A program made the position numbers and the translations under genes. Shown piece after piece: positions 38,048 to 48,522 of a stretch of 64,000 nucleotides of DNA. The notes under the pieces are model-generated. The model was not told the origin of the DNA. It searched no databases and saw nothing but the letters and a program-made list of their open reading frames with translations. The stretch's first letter is position 1, and the number at the start of each line of letters is the position of its first letter. The DNA comes from an uncultured Bacilli bacterium (GTDB lineage: Bacteria; Bacillota_I; Bacilli_A; RF39; UBA660). The DNA is taken from positions 10,060-74,059 of the forward strand of contig CAKOZV010000001.1 in the NCBI GenBank assembly GCA_934131695.1, read 5' to 3'.

Positions 38048-38055
38048 GTATTAAA

Positions 38056-39489
38056 ATGTTTAAAAAGTATAAACCAAGTAAGTGGCTTAGTTATTTATAT
38101 TTTATATTTCCTCTTTTTTTAGTAACAAAAATAAATATTGGAAAGGAAAGTGATATCTGGTTTTTGTTATCATACGGTAAGAAAATAGTAACAAGTGGTT
38201 TTCCTAAATATGATTTCTTATCAATGCATGAAAACTTTTCTTTTGTAATGCAACAGTGGTTGTCAGTTTTATCTTTTTATCAAGTTTATAAATTACTAGG
38301 AGGGGTAGGATTATTCTTACTAGTATTTATTATAAATACTTTAATTATCTTCTTCTTATATAAACTATGTATGTTACTAAGTGATAATAAAGTATTTTCT
38401 TCCGTGGTAACTACTTGTATGATAGATATTTTATTACAGAGCTTTTTTATAATACCAAGACCACAGATTTATAGTTTATTATTATTTATAATAACTATAT
38501 ATATACTAGAGTTGTATCTTAAAAAGAATAGTAAATCTATTTATTTATTACCTTTGATATCACTATTACTGATTAATTTTCATGCTTCTATGTGGTTATG
38601 TTTATTTATACTTACTATGCCTTTTATCTTTGAATTTACTTTATTATTTATTAGAAAGAAGGATAAGAGAATAGTTAAATTAGTACTTATGGTTTTATTA
38701 TCATTCTTAGTTGGCTTCTTAAATCCCTATGGTATAAAGAATATGTTTTATTCACTAACTAGTTATGGGGTTGATATAATAAATAGTGAAGTTATTGAAA
38801 TGCATTCATTTACTACAATGGAACCTTTAACATTCGCTAATTATTGTTTTATTGGAACATTTTTTATCCTTTTAATTGGAATTATTTATCATAAGAATAA
38901 GAAAATAGAAGCTAGTCAGTTATTATTAATATTAGGTACTACTTATATGGCACTTTGTAATTTTAGAAATATTAGTATATTTTATGTGTGTGCTCTTCCT
39001 TTCCTTAGTATTTATTTACCAGTTCAAGATGGAAAAGAAGAAAAAATACCTATTAAATTATATATCTTATTTATAGCTATGATAGTTCTAACTATTTCTA
39101 TGAACATTTATAATGGTAGTTACACCTTAAAAAATGCTAATCAAAAGTATATTAATTATCTTGATAAAAATGTTAGTAAAGATATAAAACTATATGCAGG
39201 TTATAATGATGGTTCTTATTTTGAGTATAGTGGTTATCATCCTTATATGGATGGAAGAGCAGAAATATTTTTAAAGAGTAATAATAAAAAAGAAGATATA
39301 TTAAATGAATATTTTGATGTTTATTATGGAAAAACTGATATAGCCAAGTTCTTAAAAAAATATGATTTTGATTACTTAATAGTTGGAAAAGCTGATTATT
39401 TCTTGTATAATTATTTGAAGACTGATAAAAATTACCAAGTAGTAGTTAAATCTAAAAATAAGAAAATGTATAAAAGAATTAGGGAGTGA
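38056..39489 (+). CDS. Polytopic membrane protein, putative GT-C-type glycosyltransferase/polymerase (paralog 2)
   Basis: 477 aa and collinear with 36635-38047. Shared blocks include KYKPSKWLSYLYFIFPL, KESDIWFLLSYGK, FLNPYG, LTSYGVD and YSGYHPYMDGR. Confidence 0.45.
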   Translation: MFKKYKPSKWLSYLYFIFPLFLVTKINIGKESDIWFLLSYGKKIVTSGFPKYDFLSMHENFSFVMQQWLSVLSFYQVYKLLGGVGLFLLVFIINTLIIFFLYKLCMLLSDNKVFSSVVTTCMIDILLQSFFIIPRPQIYSLLLFIITIYILELYLKKNSKSIYLLPLISLLLINFHASMWLCLFILTMPFIFEFTLLFIRKKDKRIVKLVLMVLLSFLVGFLNPYGIKNMFYSLTSYGVDIINSEVIEMHSFTTMEPLTFANYCFIGTFFILLIGIIYHKNKKIEASQLLLILGTTYMALCNFRNISIFYVCALPFLSIYLPVQDGKEEKIPIKLYILFIAMIVLTISMNIYNGSYTLKNANQKYINYLDKNVSKDIKLYAGYNDGSYFEYSGYHPYMDGRAEIFLKSNNKKEDILNEYFDVYYGKTDIAKFLKKYDFDYLIVGKADYFLYNYLKTDKNYQVVVKSKNKKMYKRIRE

Positions 39490-39983
39490 TAAGTATGTAT
39501 AGAAAAGATTATATATCATGGGATAGCTATTTTATGAGTATAGCTAAATTATCAGCTTTAAGAAGTAAAGATCCATCAACACAGGTAGGTGCTTGTATTG
39601 TAAGTAATGATAACAGAATTTTATCAATTGGTTATAATGGGGCACCTAATGGATTTCATGATAGTGATTTTCCTTGGGAAAGAGATGGAAAGCCAGTAGA
39701 TACTAAATATATGTACGTTTGTCATGCAGAATTAAATGCTATTTTAAATTTTCGAGGAAACAAAAGAGACTTAGAAGGTTCCAAACTTTATGCTTCACTT
39801 TTTCCTTGTAATGAATGTGCTAAGTCAATAATTCAATCTGGTATAAAAGAGATTATTTATTTAGATAATAAATATAAAGATACTGATAGTTGTATTGCTT
39901 CTAGAAGATTATTTGATGAATGTGGAGTTATTTATAGAGAATTCAATCCAGATATTGATTCTATTACAATTAAATTAAAATAA
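39486..39983 (+). CDS. comEB: dCMP deaminase (ComEB-type)
   Basis: Zinc motifs HAELNA and PCNECAK. The likely start is ATG 39495, after an AGGGAG RBS. Confidence 0.8.
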   Translation: MISMYRKDYISWDSYFMSIAKLSALRSKDPSTQVGACIVSNDNRILSIGYNGAPNGFHDSDFPWERDGKPVDTKYMYVCHAELNAILNFRGNKRDLEGSKLYASLFPCNECAKSIIQSGIKEIIYLDNKYKDTDSCIASRRLFDECGVIYREFNPDIDSITIKLK

Positions 39984-40010
39984 AGCATATAATTTAGAGG
40001 AGTTGATATT

Positions 40011-40748
40011 ATGCTAGAAAATCTAAAAGTTGGTCAAAAAGTTAATTGTTCTGATTTCCTTTTTGAAAATAAAGATATAGTAGAAAATGATGATATATAT
40101 AAAAGAATTAATTGTAAGAGTTATCAAAAAAATGATGATATTTCTTTGAGTGATTTAACTTATATAAAAATGTTACATTATAATTATGATGATGATGTAG
40201 TAGTAGGAGAAATGATAGTTAATAAAGTTATTCTTGATGAAGTAAGAGAAGCATTTTCTTCATTATTTATGTTAAAATATCAGATTAATTCTATGAGATT
40301 AATAGATGACTTTTGGGTGGAAAGTGCAATTAAAAGTGATAGAAATAGTATTTATCATAATAATAGTAGTTCTTTTTGTTATAGAAAAATACCTAATCAA
40401 ACTAACTTGTCAAAGCATGCTTTAGGACTTGCTATTGATATCAATCCACTAGATAATCCTTATACTCCAAGAAATAAGGATGGTAGTTTTGATGATAGTT
40501 TATTGACAGACTATGAAAAAGATTTGCTTATTGATAGAGAAGAAAAAGCTAAACATAATCCCCATATAATTACCCTAGGTGACACAATCTGTAAGGTGTT
40601 TGCATCGGTTGGTTATGAGTGTGGTGGTATTTGGCCATTACAGAGTGATGAATTTTCTTGCGACTGGCAACATTTTGAACCAAATGAAGCTAAGATGAAA
40701 GAAATTAATGAAAGAATAAATACTAGTAAGAAAGAAAAGAGAATTTAA
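40011..40748 (+). CDS. M15-family (VanY/D-Ala-D-Ala carboxypeptidase-like) metallopeptidase
   Basis: SKHALGLAIDINP (Hx6D) and DWQHFE (second His) motifs. No signal peptide. Confidence 0.65.
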   Translation: MLENLKVGQKVNCSDFLFENKDIVENDDIYKRINCKSYQKNDDISLSDLTYIKMLHYNYDDDVVVGEMIVNKVILDEVREAFSSLFMLKYQINSMRLIDDFWVESAIKSDRNSIYHNNSSSFCYRKIPNQTNLSKHALGLAIDINPLDNPYTPRNKDGSFDDSLLTDYEKDLLIDREEKAKHNPHIITLGDTICKVFASVGYECGGIWPLQSDEFSCDWQHFEPNEAKMKEINERINTSKKEKRI

Positions 40749-40777
40749 TGATTTTCTTTTTCTTTTGTAAAAAAACA

Positions 40778-40806
40778 TTGACGAACGTATATTTGGTAAT
40801 TATAAT
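40778..40806 (+). promoter_or_regulatory. uvrB promoter with an overlapping LexA-like (SOS) box
   Basis: TTGACG (40778-40783), 17 bp, TATAAT (40801-40806). CGAACGTATATTTG (40782-40795) matches the Firmicute consensus CGAACATATGTTCG at 11/14 positions. Confidence 0.45.
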
Positions 40807-40887
40807 AGAGATAATTAAAAACAAGTGAAAAAAATTTGATTAATTGTTTATAATAAAAATAGATGATATAAATGAGCGGAGGTAAAA

Positions 40888-42849
40888 ATGTTTGAATTAG
40901 TTAGTAAATATAAACCAAGTGGAGATCAACCAGAAGCAATTGAAAAGTTAGTTGATGGTATAGAAAAAGGTAAAAAAGAACAAGTGTTATTAGGAGCAAC
41001 GGGTACAGGTAAAACCTTTACTATGGCTAATGTTATTAAAAGAACTAATAAACCAACTTTGATACTTGCTCATAATAAGACTTTAGCTGGTCAATTATAT
41101 GCTGAAATGAAGGAGTTATTTCCTAACAATCATGTTTGTTACTTTGTTTCATATTATGATTATTACCAACCGGAAGCATATGTTCCAAGTACTGATACTT
41201 ATATAGAAAAAGACTCATCTATAAATGATGAGATAGATGAGTTAAGACATGAGGCAACATCTTCTCTTTTAACTTATCGTGATACAATAGTAGTAGCATC
41301 AGTATCATGTATATATGGTATTGGAGAAGTAGAAGAATATAAGAATAAAATGTTAACTCTTAGTGTAACTGATGAATTAGAAAGAGATAAGGTACTTGCA
41401 AAGCTGGTGGAAATGCAATTTGAAAGAAATGACTATGATTTTCATCGAGGAACTTTTAGAGTTAGAGGTGATATAGTAGAGATAATTCCTGTTAATCAAG
41501 ATAAAACGGGTTACAGAATCGAGTTTTTTGGTAACGAAATAGATAGAATTAGTGAAATAGATGTTTTAACAGGAGCGGTTATTACTAATAAAAAGACAAT
41601 AAGTATCTTTCCAGCTAGTCACTTTGTAGTTAGTGATGATAAATTAAAAGCTGCAATTAAGAGAATAAAAAGTGAGCTAGCAGAACGATTAACTGAATTA
41701 AAAGCAGAAAATAAATTATTAGCAGCTGAAAGATTAGAACAAAGGACAAACTATGATATAGAGATGTTAGAAGAGACTGGTTTTTGTCATGGGATTGAAA
41801 ACTATTCTGCTCCTATGGCTGGTAGAGAAAGAGGTGAAACTCCAACTACTTTAATGGACTTCTTTCCAGATGATTATTTACTAATGGTAGATGAGTCGCA
41901 TGTAACCCTACCACAAGTAAGAGGAATGTATAATGGAGATAGAGCTAGAAAAATGAATCTTGTTGATTATGGTTTTCGTTTACCCAGTGCCTTAGATAAT
42001 AGACCATTAAAATATGAAGAGTTTGAAAAGAAAATTAATCAAGCTATTTATGTATCAGCTACACCAGGTGATTATGAACTTTCTAAGACAAATGGTGAGT
42101 ATGTAGAACAAATCATTAGACCTACCGGTTTACTAGATCCTACTATTGAAGTAAGAGGACAAGAAGGACAAATAGATAATTTAATAGAAGAAATAAGAAT
42201 TCGTAAAGAAAAAAATGAAAGAGTATTAATTACAACCTTAACAATAAGAATGGCAGAAGAATTAACTAATTACTTAAAAGATGTTGATATAAAAGTAGCT
42301 TATCTTCATACTGAGATTAAAACCTTAGAAAGATTACAAATTATTCATGACTTAAGAGTAGGTAAATATGATGTAGTAGTTGGTATTAACCTTTTAAGAG
42401 AAGGTATAGATATTCCTGAAGTATCACTAATAGCAATTCTAGATGCTGATAAAGAAGGATTCTTACGAAGTGAAAGAAGTTTGATTCAAACAATAGGTCG
42501 TTGTGCTAGAAATAAAGACGGACATGTTATCATGTATGCAGATAAGATAACTGATAGTATGCAAAAAGCTATAGATGAAACAGCAAGAAGAAGAACTATT
42601 CAAGATAACTATAATAAAGAGCATAAAATAGTACCTAAAACAATAATTAAAGAGATTAGAGAAGTAGTAAGTAATATAGATAATAAGACAAGTAGCAAGA
42701 AAGTTAAGAGATTAACTAAGCAAGAGAAATTAAATGAAATAGAAAGAATTGAAACGGAAATGATGAAAGCAGCTAAAGAGTTAGATTTTGAAAGAGCAAT
42801 GGAATTAAGAAATATTTTATTTGAGATGAAAGTAGATAGTCAAAAATAA
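40888..42849 (+). CDS. uvrB: Excinuclease ABC subunit B
   Basis: 653 aa. GATGTGKTF Walker A, DESH box and a C-terminal UVR motif ([12 protein letters not shown]). Confidence 0.97.
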   Translation: MFELVSKYKPSGDQPEAIEKLVDGIEKGKKEQVLLGATGTGKTFTMANVIKRTNKPTLILAHNKTLAGQLYAEMKELFPNNHVCYFVSYYDYYQPEAYVPSTDTYIEKDSSINDEIDELRHEATSSLLTYRDTIVVASVSCIYGIGEVEEYKNKMLTLSVTDELERDKVLAKLVEMQFERNDYDFHRGTFRVRGDIVEIIPVNQDKTGYRIEFFGNEIDRISEIDVLTGAVITNKKTISIFPASHFVVSDDKLKAAIKRIKSELAERLTELKAENKLLAAERLEQRTNYDIEMLEETGFCHGIENYSAPMAGRERGETPTTLMDFFPDDYLLMVDESHVTLPQVRGMYNGDRARKMNLVDYGFRLPSALDNRPLKYEEFEKKINQAIYVSATPGDYELSKTNGEYVEQIIRPTGLLDPTIEVRGQEGQIDNLIEEIRIRKEKNERVLITTLTIRMAEELTNYLKDVDIKVAYLHTEIKTLERLQIIHDLRVGKYDVVVGINLLREGIDIPEVSLIAILDADKEGFLRSERSLIQTIGRCARNKDGHVIMYADKITDSMQKAIDETARRRTIQDNYNKEHKIVPKTIIKEIREVVSNIDNKTSSKKVKRLTKQEKLNEIERIETEMMKAAKELDFERAMELRNILFEMKVDSQK

Positions 42850-42901
42850 TTATTAAAATTTATATTACTGTGGTAAAATAAAGATATAGTGAGGTAATGA
42901 G

Positions 42902-44995
42902 ATGAAAGATAGAATATTAGAAATACTAAAAAAATCAGAAAAAAGTTTAACTGTTTTTGAATTAGAAGAACAACTAGGTACTAGTAATTTAGAAGAACTT
43001 TTACATATCTTAAATGAAATGGAAGTAGAAACAAGTATATATCATACTAATAAAGATAAATATATGTTGTTTTCTGATAGTCATTTATTAAAAGGATATT
43101 TACATTCTAATAAAAAAGGATTTGGTTTTGTTGATGTAGATTCTTTAAGTGATGATGTATATATAAGTGCTGATAATATGAATGGAGCACTTCATGGGGA
43201 TTATGTTATTGTAGAATTAACATCTAAAAAAGACTTAGGTAGATTAGAAGGACGAATAATTAGAGTTTTAAAACATGAAACTAATACATTTGTTGGTGAG
43301 ATTAACTTCTTTAATAATGTTGGGAAAGTAAAACTAGATGAAGATAAAGTTAACTTAGAAATAATCGTTAAAAAAGAAAACTCTTTAAATGCTGTAGATG
43401 GACATAAAGTAGTTGTAGAAATTATTAAAAGAATTAGTAATCATCAAGCGGAAGGAAAAGTATTAAGAATAATAGGACATAAAAATGATCCAGGGGTTGA
43501 TATTTTATCAATTGTAGAAAAGTATCATATAAATAGTAGTTTTCCAGAAGATGTAGTAGAAGAAGTTAAAACTTTACCTATGGAAGTAAGAGAAGAAGAT
43601 TTAAAAGGAAGAAGAGATTTACGCGATAAAGTAATATTTACGATAGATGGTGATGATACTAGAGATATTGACGATGCTATTAGTATTGATAAAAAAGAAA
43701 ATGGTAATTATGTTTTAGGGGTTCATATAGCTGATGTTTCTTATTATGTTAAAGAAGGTAGCCCACTAGATAAAGAAGCCATGGATAGAGGAACTTCTGT
43801 CTACCTTGTTGATAGAGTAATTCCTATGCTTCCTCATGAATTATCTAATGGTATTTGTTCACTAAATCCTAATGTTGATCGTTTAGCTATAAGCTGTGTA
43901 ATGGAATATACTAATGAAGGTAAATTAGTTGATTATGATATCTTTGAAAGTGTTATTAAATCTAGAAAACAAATGACTTACAAGAAAGTTAATAGTATTT
44001 TAGAAAAGAATATTGTTCCAGAAGGTTATGAAGAATTTGCTGATGACTTAAGAGAAATGGAAGAGTTAGCAACTATTTTAAGAAAAGCTAAAACTAAAAG
44101 AGGTTATATAGACTTTGATGTAGATGAACCTAAAATATTAGTGGATGAAAATTGTAAACCAACTGATATAGTTTTAAGAGAAAGAGGTTTAGGAGAAAAC
44201 TTAATTGAAGACTTTATGATAGCAGCTAATGAATGTGTAGCAACTCATATTTTCTATATGAATTTACCATTTATTTATCGTGTACATGAATATCCTAAGC
44301 AGGAAAGAATTCAAAACTTTTTAGCATTTGTTAGTAATTTAGGTTATCACGTAACTGGAAATATTAAAGATAATAAACCTACAACTGTTCAACATATTCT
44401 AAATTGTTTGAAAAATAAAAAAGAGTTTCCTATACTATCAAGCCTATTATTAAGAAGTATGCAAAAAGCTATCTATTTACCACAAAATTTAGGACATTAT
44501 GGTCTAGCAAGTCCTTGCTATACGCATTTTACATCTCCTATTAGAAGATATCCTGATACAACAGTTCATAGACTATTAAGAACTTATTTATTTAATCATG
44601 ATATGTCTTATCAAACTCTTCATCATTGGGAGGAAAAACTAATCTTTGTAGCAGATCACTCATCTGCTATGGAAAGAGCTTCTATTGATTGTGAAAGAGA
44701 AGTAGAAGATATGAAAATGGCTGAATATATGGAAGAACATATTGGTGAAGAATATATAGGTATGATATCTTCTGTTATGAGTTTTGGGATGTTTGTCCAA
44801 CTAGATAACTTAGTTGAAGGACTAGTACCTCTTCGTTTATTAGATGACTATTTTATCTATGACGAAGAAAGAATGACTCTAACTGGTGAAAAATCAAATA
44901 TAAGATATACTATTGGTGACAGAGTAAAAATTAAAGTAGTAGCAGCTAATAAACAAGCTAAAACAATTGACTTTAAAATTATTAAAAAAATGTAG
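42902..44995 (+). CDS. rnr: Ribonuclease R
   Basis: 697 aa. RNB catalytic region (FTIDGDDTRDIDDAIS), cold-shock-like N-terminal domains and a C-terminal S1 domain. Confidence 0.92.
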   Translation: MKDRILEILKKSEKSLTVFELEEQLGTSNLEELLHILNEMEVETSIYHTNKDKYMLFSDSHLLKGYLHSNKKGFGFVDVDSLSDDVYISADNMNGALHGDYVIVELTSKKDLGRLEGRIIRVLKHETNTFVGEINFFNNVGKVKLDEDKVNLEIIVKKENSLNAVDGHKVVVEIIKRISNHQAEGKVLRIIGHKNDPGVDILSIVEKYHINSSFPEDVVEEVKTLPMEVREEDLKGRRDLRDKVIFTIDGDDTRDIDDAISIDKKENGNYVLGVHIADVSYYVKEGSPLDKEAMDRGTSVYLVDRVIPMLPHELSNGICSLNPNVDRLAISCVMEYTNEGKLVDYDIFESVIKSRKQMTYKKVNSILEKNIVPEGYEEFADDLREMEELATILRKAKTKRGYIDFDVDEPKILVDENCKPTDIVLRERGLGENLIEDFMIAANECVATHIFYMNLPFIYRVHEYPKQERIQNFLAFVSNLGYHVTGNIKDNKPTTVQHILNCLKNKKEFPILSSLLLRSMQKAIYLPQNLGHYGLASPCYTHFTSPIRRYPDTTVHRLLRTYLFNHDMSYQTLHHWEEKLIFVADHSSAMERASIDCEREVEDMKMAEYMEEHIGEEYIGMISSVMSFGMFVQLDNLVEGLVPLRLLDDYFIYDEERMTLTGEKSNIRYTIGDRVKIKVVAANKQAKTIDFKIIKKM

Positions 44996-46177
44996 GTGAT
45001 TACAATGCGTAGTAAGAAGAGAAAGAAAAGACATAATTTAACTATTTTTGTAAAAGTAATAGTCATATTTTTCTTCCTTCTTACGGCCTTTTTCGTTTTT
45101 AAAAGTATCCCTAGAAAAGAAATAAAAGAGAATAAGAGTATCAAAAAAGTTTTAAAAAAAGAAACTAAAAAGGAAATGAAAGCTTCCTTGTTTATGGTAG
45201 GAGATGTCCTTATTCATAGTACTCTATATCAAGATGCTAAAACTAATGATAGTTATGACTTTAAACCAATGCTAGAAAGAATAAAACCTATAGCTAGTAA
45301 ATATGATTTAGAGTACTATAATCAAGAAACTATACTAGGTGGTGAAGAATTAGGCCTTTCTAACTATCCAAGATTTAATTCACCTTATGAAGTAGGAGAT
45401 GCCTTTATAGATGCCGGATTTAATCTTGTTTCTCTTGCTACTAATCATACTATGGATAAAGGAGAACAAGGTGTTTTAAATTCTCTAGCATATTGGAATA
45501 AACAGAAAAATGTTTTAACTGCTGGTAGCTATAGTTCATTTGAAGATAGAGATAAAAAGGTAATTAAAGAAATAAATGGAATAAAGTATGCCTTTTTCTC
45601 TTACACAACTTGGACAAATGGTTTATCTACTCCAACTGGTAAAGAATATTTAAATAATGTTTATAATGAAGAATTAGTTAAAGCTGATATAGAAAGAGTA
45701 AAAGAAGAAGCAGATGTTATAATAGTAGCCATGCATTGGGGAACAGAATACTCAACCGGAATAAGTGATACTCAAGTAGAAATAGCTAACTATTTAGCAA
45801 ATCTTGGGGTTGATATAGTTATAGGAAGTCATCCACATGTAGTAGAACCAATTGAGTTTATTGGAAAGACTATGGTAATATATTCATTGGGAAACTTTAT
45901 CTCTGATCAAGTTGGAGTTGAACGTTTAACTGGACTAATGGTAAGTGTAGATATTAAAAAAACTGTGGAAAAAGATAATACCACTATAAGTTTAGAGAAT
46001 CAGGCAGCTGAATTAATATATACTTACTCTAATAGTTATCCACAGAAAAGAGATTTTAAAGTATATCCTTATAGTGAACTAAATGATAACTTGTTACCGG
46101 GATATAGAGACTACTATAATAAATATAAAGATATAGTTTTATCAAAAACAGATGTTGTTAAAATGAAAGATATATAG
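44996..46177 (+). CDS. CapA/PgsA-family metallophosphatase-like membrane-anchored protein
   Basis: N-terminal TM helix. Motifs GDVLIH, TNHTMD, HWGTEY, GSHPHV and SLGNF. The likely start is ATG 45005. Confidence 0.7.
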   Translation: MITMRSKKRKKRHNLTIFVKVIVIFFFLLTAFFVFKSIPRKEIKENKSIKKVLKKETKKEMKASLFMVGDVLIHSTLYQDAKTNDSYDFKPMLERIKPIASKYDLEYYNQETILGGEELGLSNYPRFNSPYEVGDAFIDAGFNLVSLATNHTMDKGEQGVLNSLAYWNKQKNVLTAGSYSSFEDRDKKVIKEINGIKYAFFSYTTWTNGLSTPTGKEYLNNVYNEELVKADIERVKEEADVIIVAMHWGTEYSTGISDTQVEIANYLANLGVDIVIGSHPHVVEPIEFIGKTMVIYSLGNFISDQVGVERLTGLMVSVDIKKTVEKDNTTISLENQAAELIYTYSNSYPQKRDFKVYPYSELNDNLLPGYRDYYNKYKDIVLSKTDVVKMKDI

Positions 46178-46186
46178 GGAGGCATT

Positions 46187-46624
46187 ATGGAAATACTAAA
46201 TAGAAAAGCAAAACACGATTACTTTATAGATGAAGCCTTAGAATGTGGAATAGTACTAAAAGGTACAGAAATTAAATCCATCAGAAAAGGTAGTGCTAAT
46301 TTAAAAGATTGTTATGCTAGAATTAAAGATGGAGAAGTATTCTTAGTTAACATGTATATTGCACCTTATGAAGAAGGAAATCTATTTAATCATGAAGAAA
46401 CAAGAAGTAGAAAACTTCTCTTACATAAAAAACAAATAAAGAAATTAGCAGTTAAAGTGGAACAGCAAGGCTATACCTTAATACCTCTAAAAGTATACTT
46501 TGTAAGAGGAAGAGCAAAGGTTGAATTGGGAGTTTGTCGTGGAAAGAAAAACTATGATAAGAGAGAAACGATAAAAGAAAGAGATATTAACAGGGATATA
46601 GCTAAACAAATAAAATATCACTAA
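46187..46624 (+). CDS. smpB: SsrA-binding protein SmpB
   Basis: 145 aa. [10 protein letters not shown]...GTEIKSIR...YIAPYE..GN..NH...[11 protein letters not shown] is the typical SmpB pattern. Lies directly upstream of ssrA. Confidence 0.95.
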   Translation: MEILNRKAKHDYFIDEALECGIVLKGTEIKSIRKGSANLKDCYARIKDGEVFLVNMYIAPYEEGNLFNHEETRSRKLLLHKKQIKKLAVKVEQQGYTLIPLKVYFVRGRAKVELGVCRGKKNYDKRETIKERDINRDIAKQIKYH

Positions 46625-46663
46625 TAGACAATTAGAGTCTAGTGTGTTATAATATAGCTACTT

Positions 46664-47041
46664 GGGGATGTCTTGGTTTCGACAGGAATAGTAGAGCATA
46701 GATAGCAAGTCGAATTATCTACGTCACAGATTAAACCAGAATAACTGGAAACAAAATTAAAAATGTACTTGCAAACTTTGGTGGAAACACTAGTTTAGCA
46801 TTTGCCTAAGAATAGGCTTGTACGCTGTCTTTCTTAATTTCTTACGTTAAGAATGTACGGTTCAATTTAGTAAGATATAATTATTTATCGTCTTAGTAAA
46901 TAATTGAATATTATAAGACTAGAATTATAGTTTGGTTGATTATTTCTTTACTATAATTCGAATTTAATAAATAATCTAAACTTGTAGAAGTTTATGTAGC
47001 TCTATTTTTGGACAGGGGTTCGATACCCCTCATCTCCACCA
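46664..47041 (+). ncRNA. ssrA: tmRNA (ssrA)
   Basis: The 5' end GGGGATGTCTTGGTTTCGACAGG pairs with the 3' tRNA-like end GGACAGGGGTTCGATACCCCTCATCTCCACCA. The internal tag frame ends at TAA 46807-46809 (..GNKIKNVLANFGGNTSLAFA*). An extended -10, TGTTATAAT, lies at 46644-46652. Confidence 0.9.
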
Positions 47042-47054
47042 TAATGTAAGTAGA

Positions 47055-47079
47055 CGTACACCTTAAGATGTACGATTTT
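47055..47079 (+). terminator. Terminator after ssrA
   Basis: Stem cgtaca/tgtacg, 8-nt loop, ATTTT. Confidence 0.5.
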
Positions 47080-47085
47080 ATATAA

Positions 47086-47766
47086 TTGAAAGAGGAAAAT
47101 ATGAATCAAGGGAAAATAATAGTTATAGAAGGAGCATGTGATGGTATAGGTAAAACTACTCAATATGAATTATTACATAATAGACTTCTTCAAGATGGAT
47201 ATAATGTTACAACACACCATTTTCCAAGCTATAATACATATCAAGGAAAACCTATAGAAGAATATTTAAGTGGTAAATATGGAAGTCCTAGGGATTTGTC
47301 GCCTTACTTTGTAAATAATTTATATGCTAATGATAGGGCAATTACATGGCATACTATTTTAAAAGATAGTTATAACCATGGAAATATTTTGTTGTTTGAT
47401 AGATATACTACCTCGAGTTTAATTTATCAGTCTGCACTTATTGATAATATGGAAGAAAAAAAGAAATTTATTGATTATGTAAGTGATTTTGAATATAACA
47501 AATTAGGTATAAAAAAACCAGATAAAGTTATATTTTTAACTGCTCCATTTGATTTAGTTACAAATCTTAGAAAGCAAAGACCAGATAATGAAGGAATAAT
47601 AAATGATATTCATGAAAGAGACTTGAAATTTATGAAAAAAGTCTATGATAATGCCTTGTTTGTAGCAGATTATCTTTCATGGGAAAAAGTAGAGTGTAGT
47701 GATAATGGTAAAATGAAGGATATAAATACTATTCATGAAAAAATATATAACTTAGTCAAAAATTAG
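47086..47766 (+). CDS. Thymidylate kinase-like nucleoside-monophosphate kinase
   Basis: P-loop IVIEGACDGIGKTTQ and the DRY motif (FDRYTTSS). The likely start is ATG 47101. Confidence 0.65.
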   Translation: MKEENMNQGKIIVIEGACDGIGKTTQYELLHNRLLQDGYNVTTHHFPSYNTYQGKPIEEYLSGKYGSPRDLSPYFVNNLYANDRAITWHTILKDSYNHGNILLFDRYTTSSLIYQSALIDNMEEKKKFIDYVSDFEYNKLGIKKPDKVIFLTAPFDLVTNLRKQRPDNEGIINDIHERDLKFMKKVYDNALFVADYLSWEKVECSDNGKMKDINTIHEKIYNLVKN

Positions 47767-47850
47767 TCTATTATAGATTAATTTTTTTTATACCTTTCTT
47801 TCGACAAATCTTATGTTAGTAAACTGCTATATTGGAAAAAAGGAGGGAAG

Positions 47851-48522
47851 ATGAGAAAAAAGATAGCAGTTGTCAGTATAATAATATGTCTTTTAGTAAT
47901 TATGATTCCTAGTAAGGAAGAAAAACAGATAGTAGATAATAAACAGCAAGAGATAAAAAGTGAAGAAATAACAACAACTCCAGTAGTAAACCAAGAAAAT
48001 ACAGATCAAAAATTCACTCTATCAATTAATAACTTAATAACAAAAGAACCAGTTATGCAAACTACTGATAATGAGTTCTATATGAATCATAATAATAAAA
48101 AAGAGGAATTTATTGGTGGAAGTCTCTTTGTGGATTATCGAATTAATTTAAATAGTACTAGAAAAATAATTATTTATGGACATAGTTCTTCTACAGTAGA
48201 TATACCATTTACTAAACTGTTGGGGTATAAAAAACAAGACTTTTTTTTAAAACATCAAGATATAGAACTTAACTACAAAGACAAGAAAGAAACATATCAA
48301 GTATTCACCGTTATGTTATTAAAAGAAGACTATTTTTATACTAGATTAGAGTTTACTGATGAAACATTTAAGAAACACTTAGAGGAACTTAAGAAAAAAT
48401 CTATATATGATACAGGTATAAATATAGATAAAACTAATAAACTATTAATACTACAGACCTGTTCCCAAGATGAAGATGGACTTTATCTGGTAATAGGAGC
48501 AAAATTAAAGGAGAAATTATGA
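47851..48522 (+). CDS. Sortase (class B-like)
   Basis: N-terminal membrane anchor, YGHS histidine motif and catalytic LILQTCS (TLxTC-type). Overlaps the next gene by 4 nt. Confidence 0.7.
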   Translation: MRKKIAVVSIIICLLVIMIPSKEEKQIVDNKQQEIKSEEITTTPVVNQENTDQKFTLSINNLITKEPVMQTTDNEFYMNHNNKKEEFIGGSLFVDYRINLNSTRKIIIYGHSSSTVDIPFTKLLGYKKQDFFLKHQDIELNYKDKKETYQVFTVMLLKEDYFYTRLEFTDETFKKHLEELKKKSIYDTGINIDKTNKLLILQTCSQDEDGLYLVIGAKLKEKL

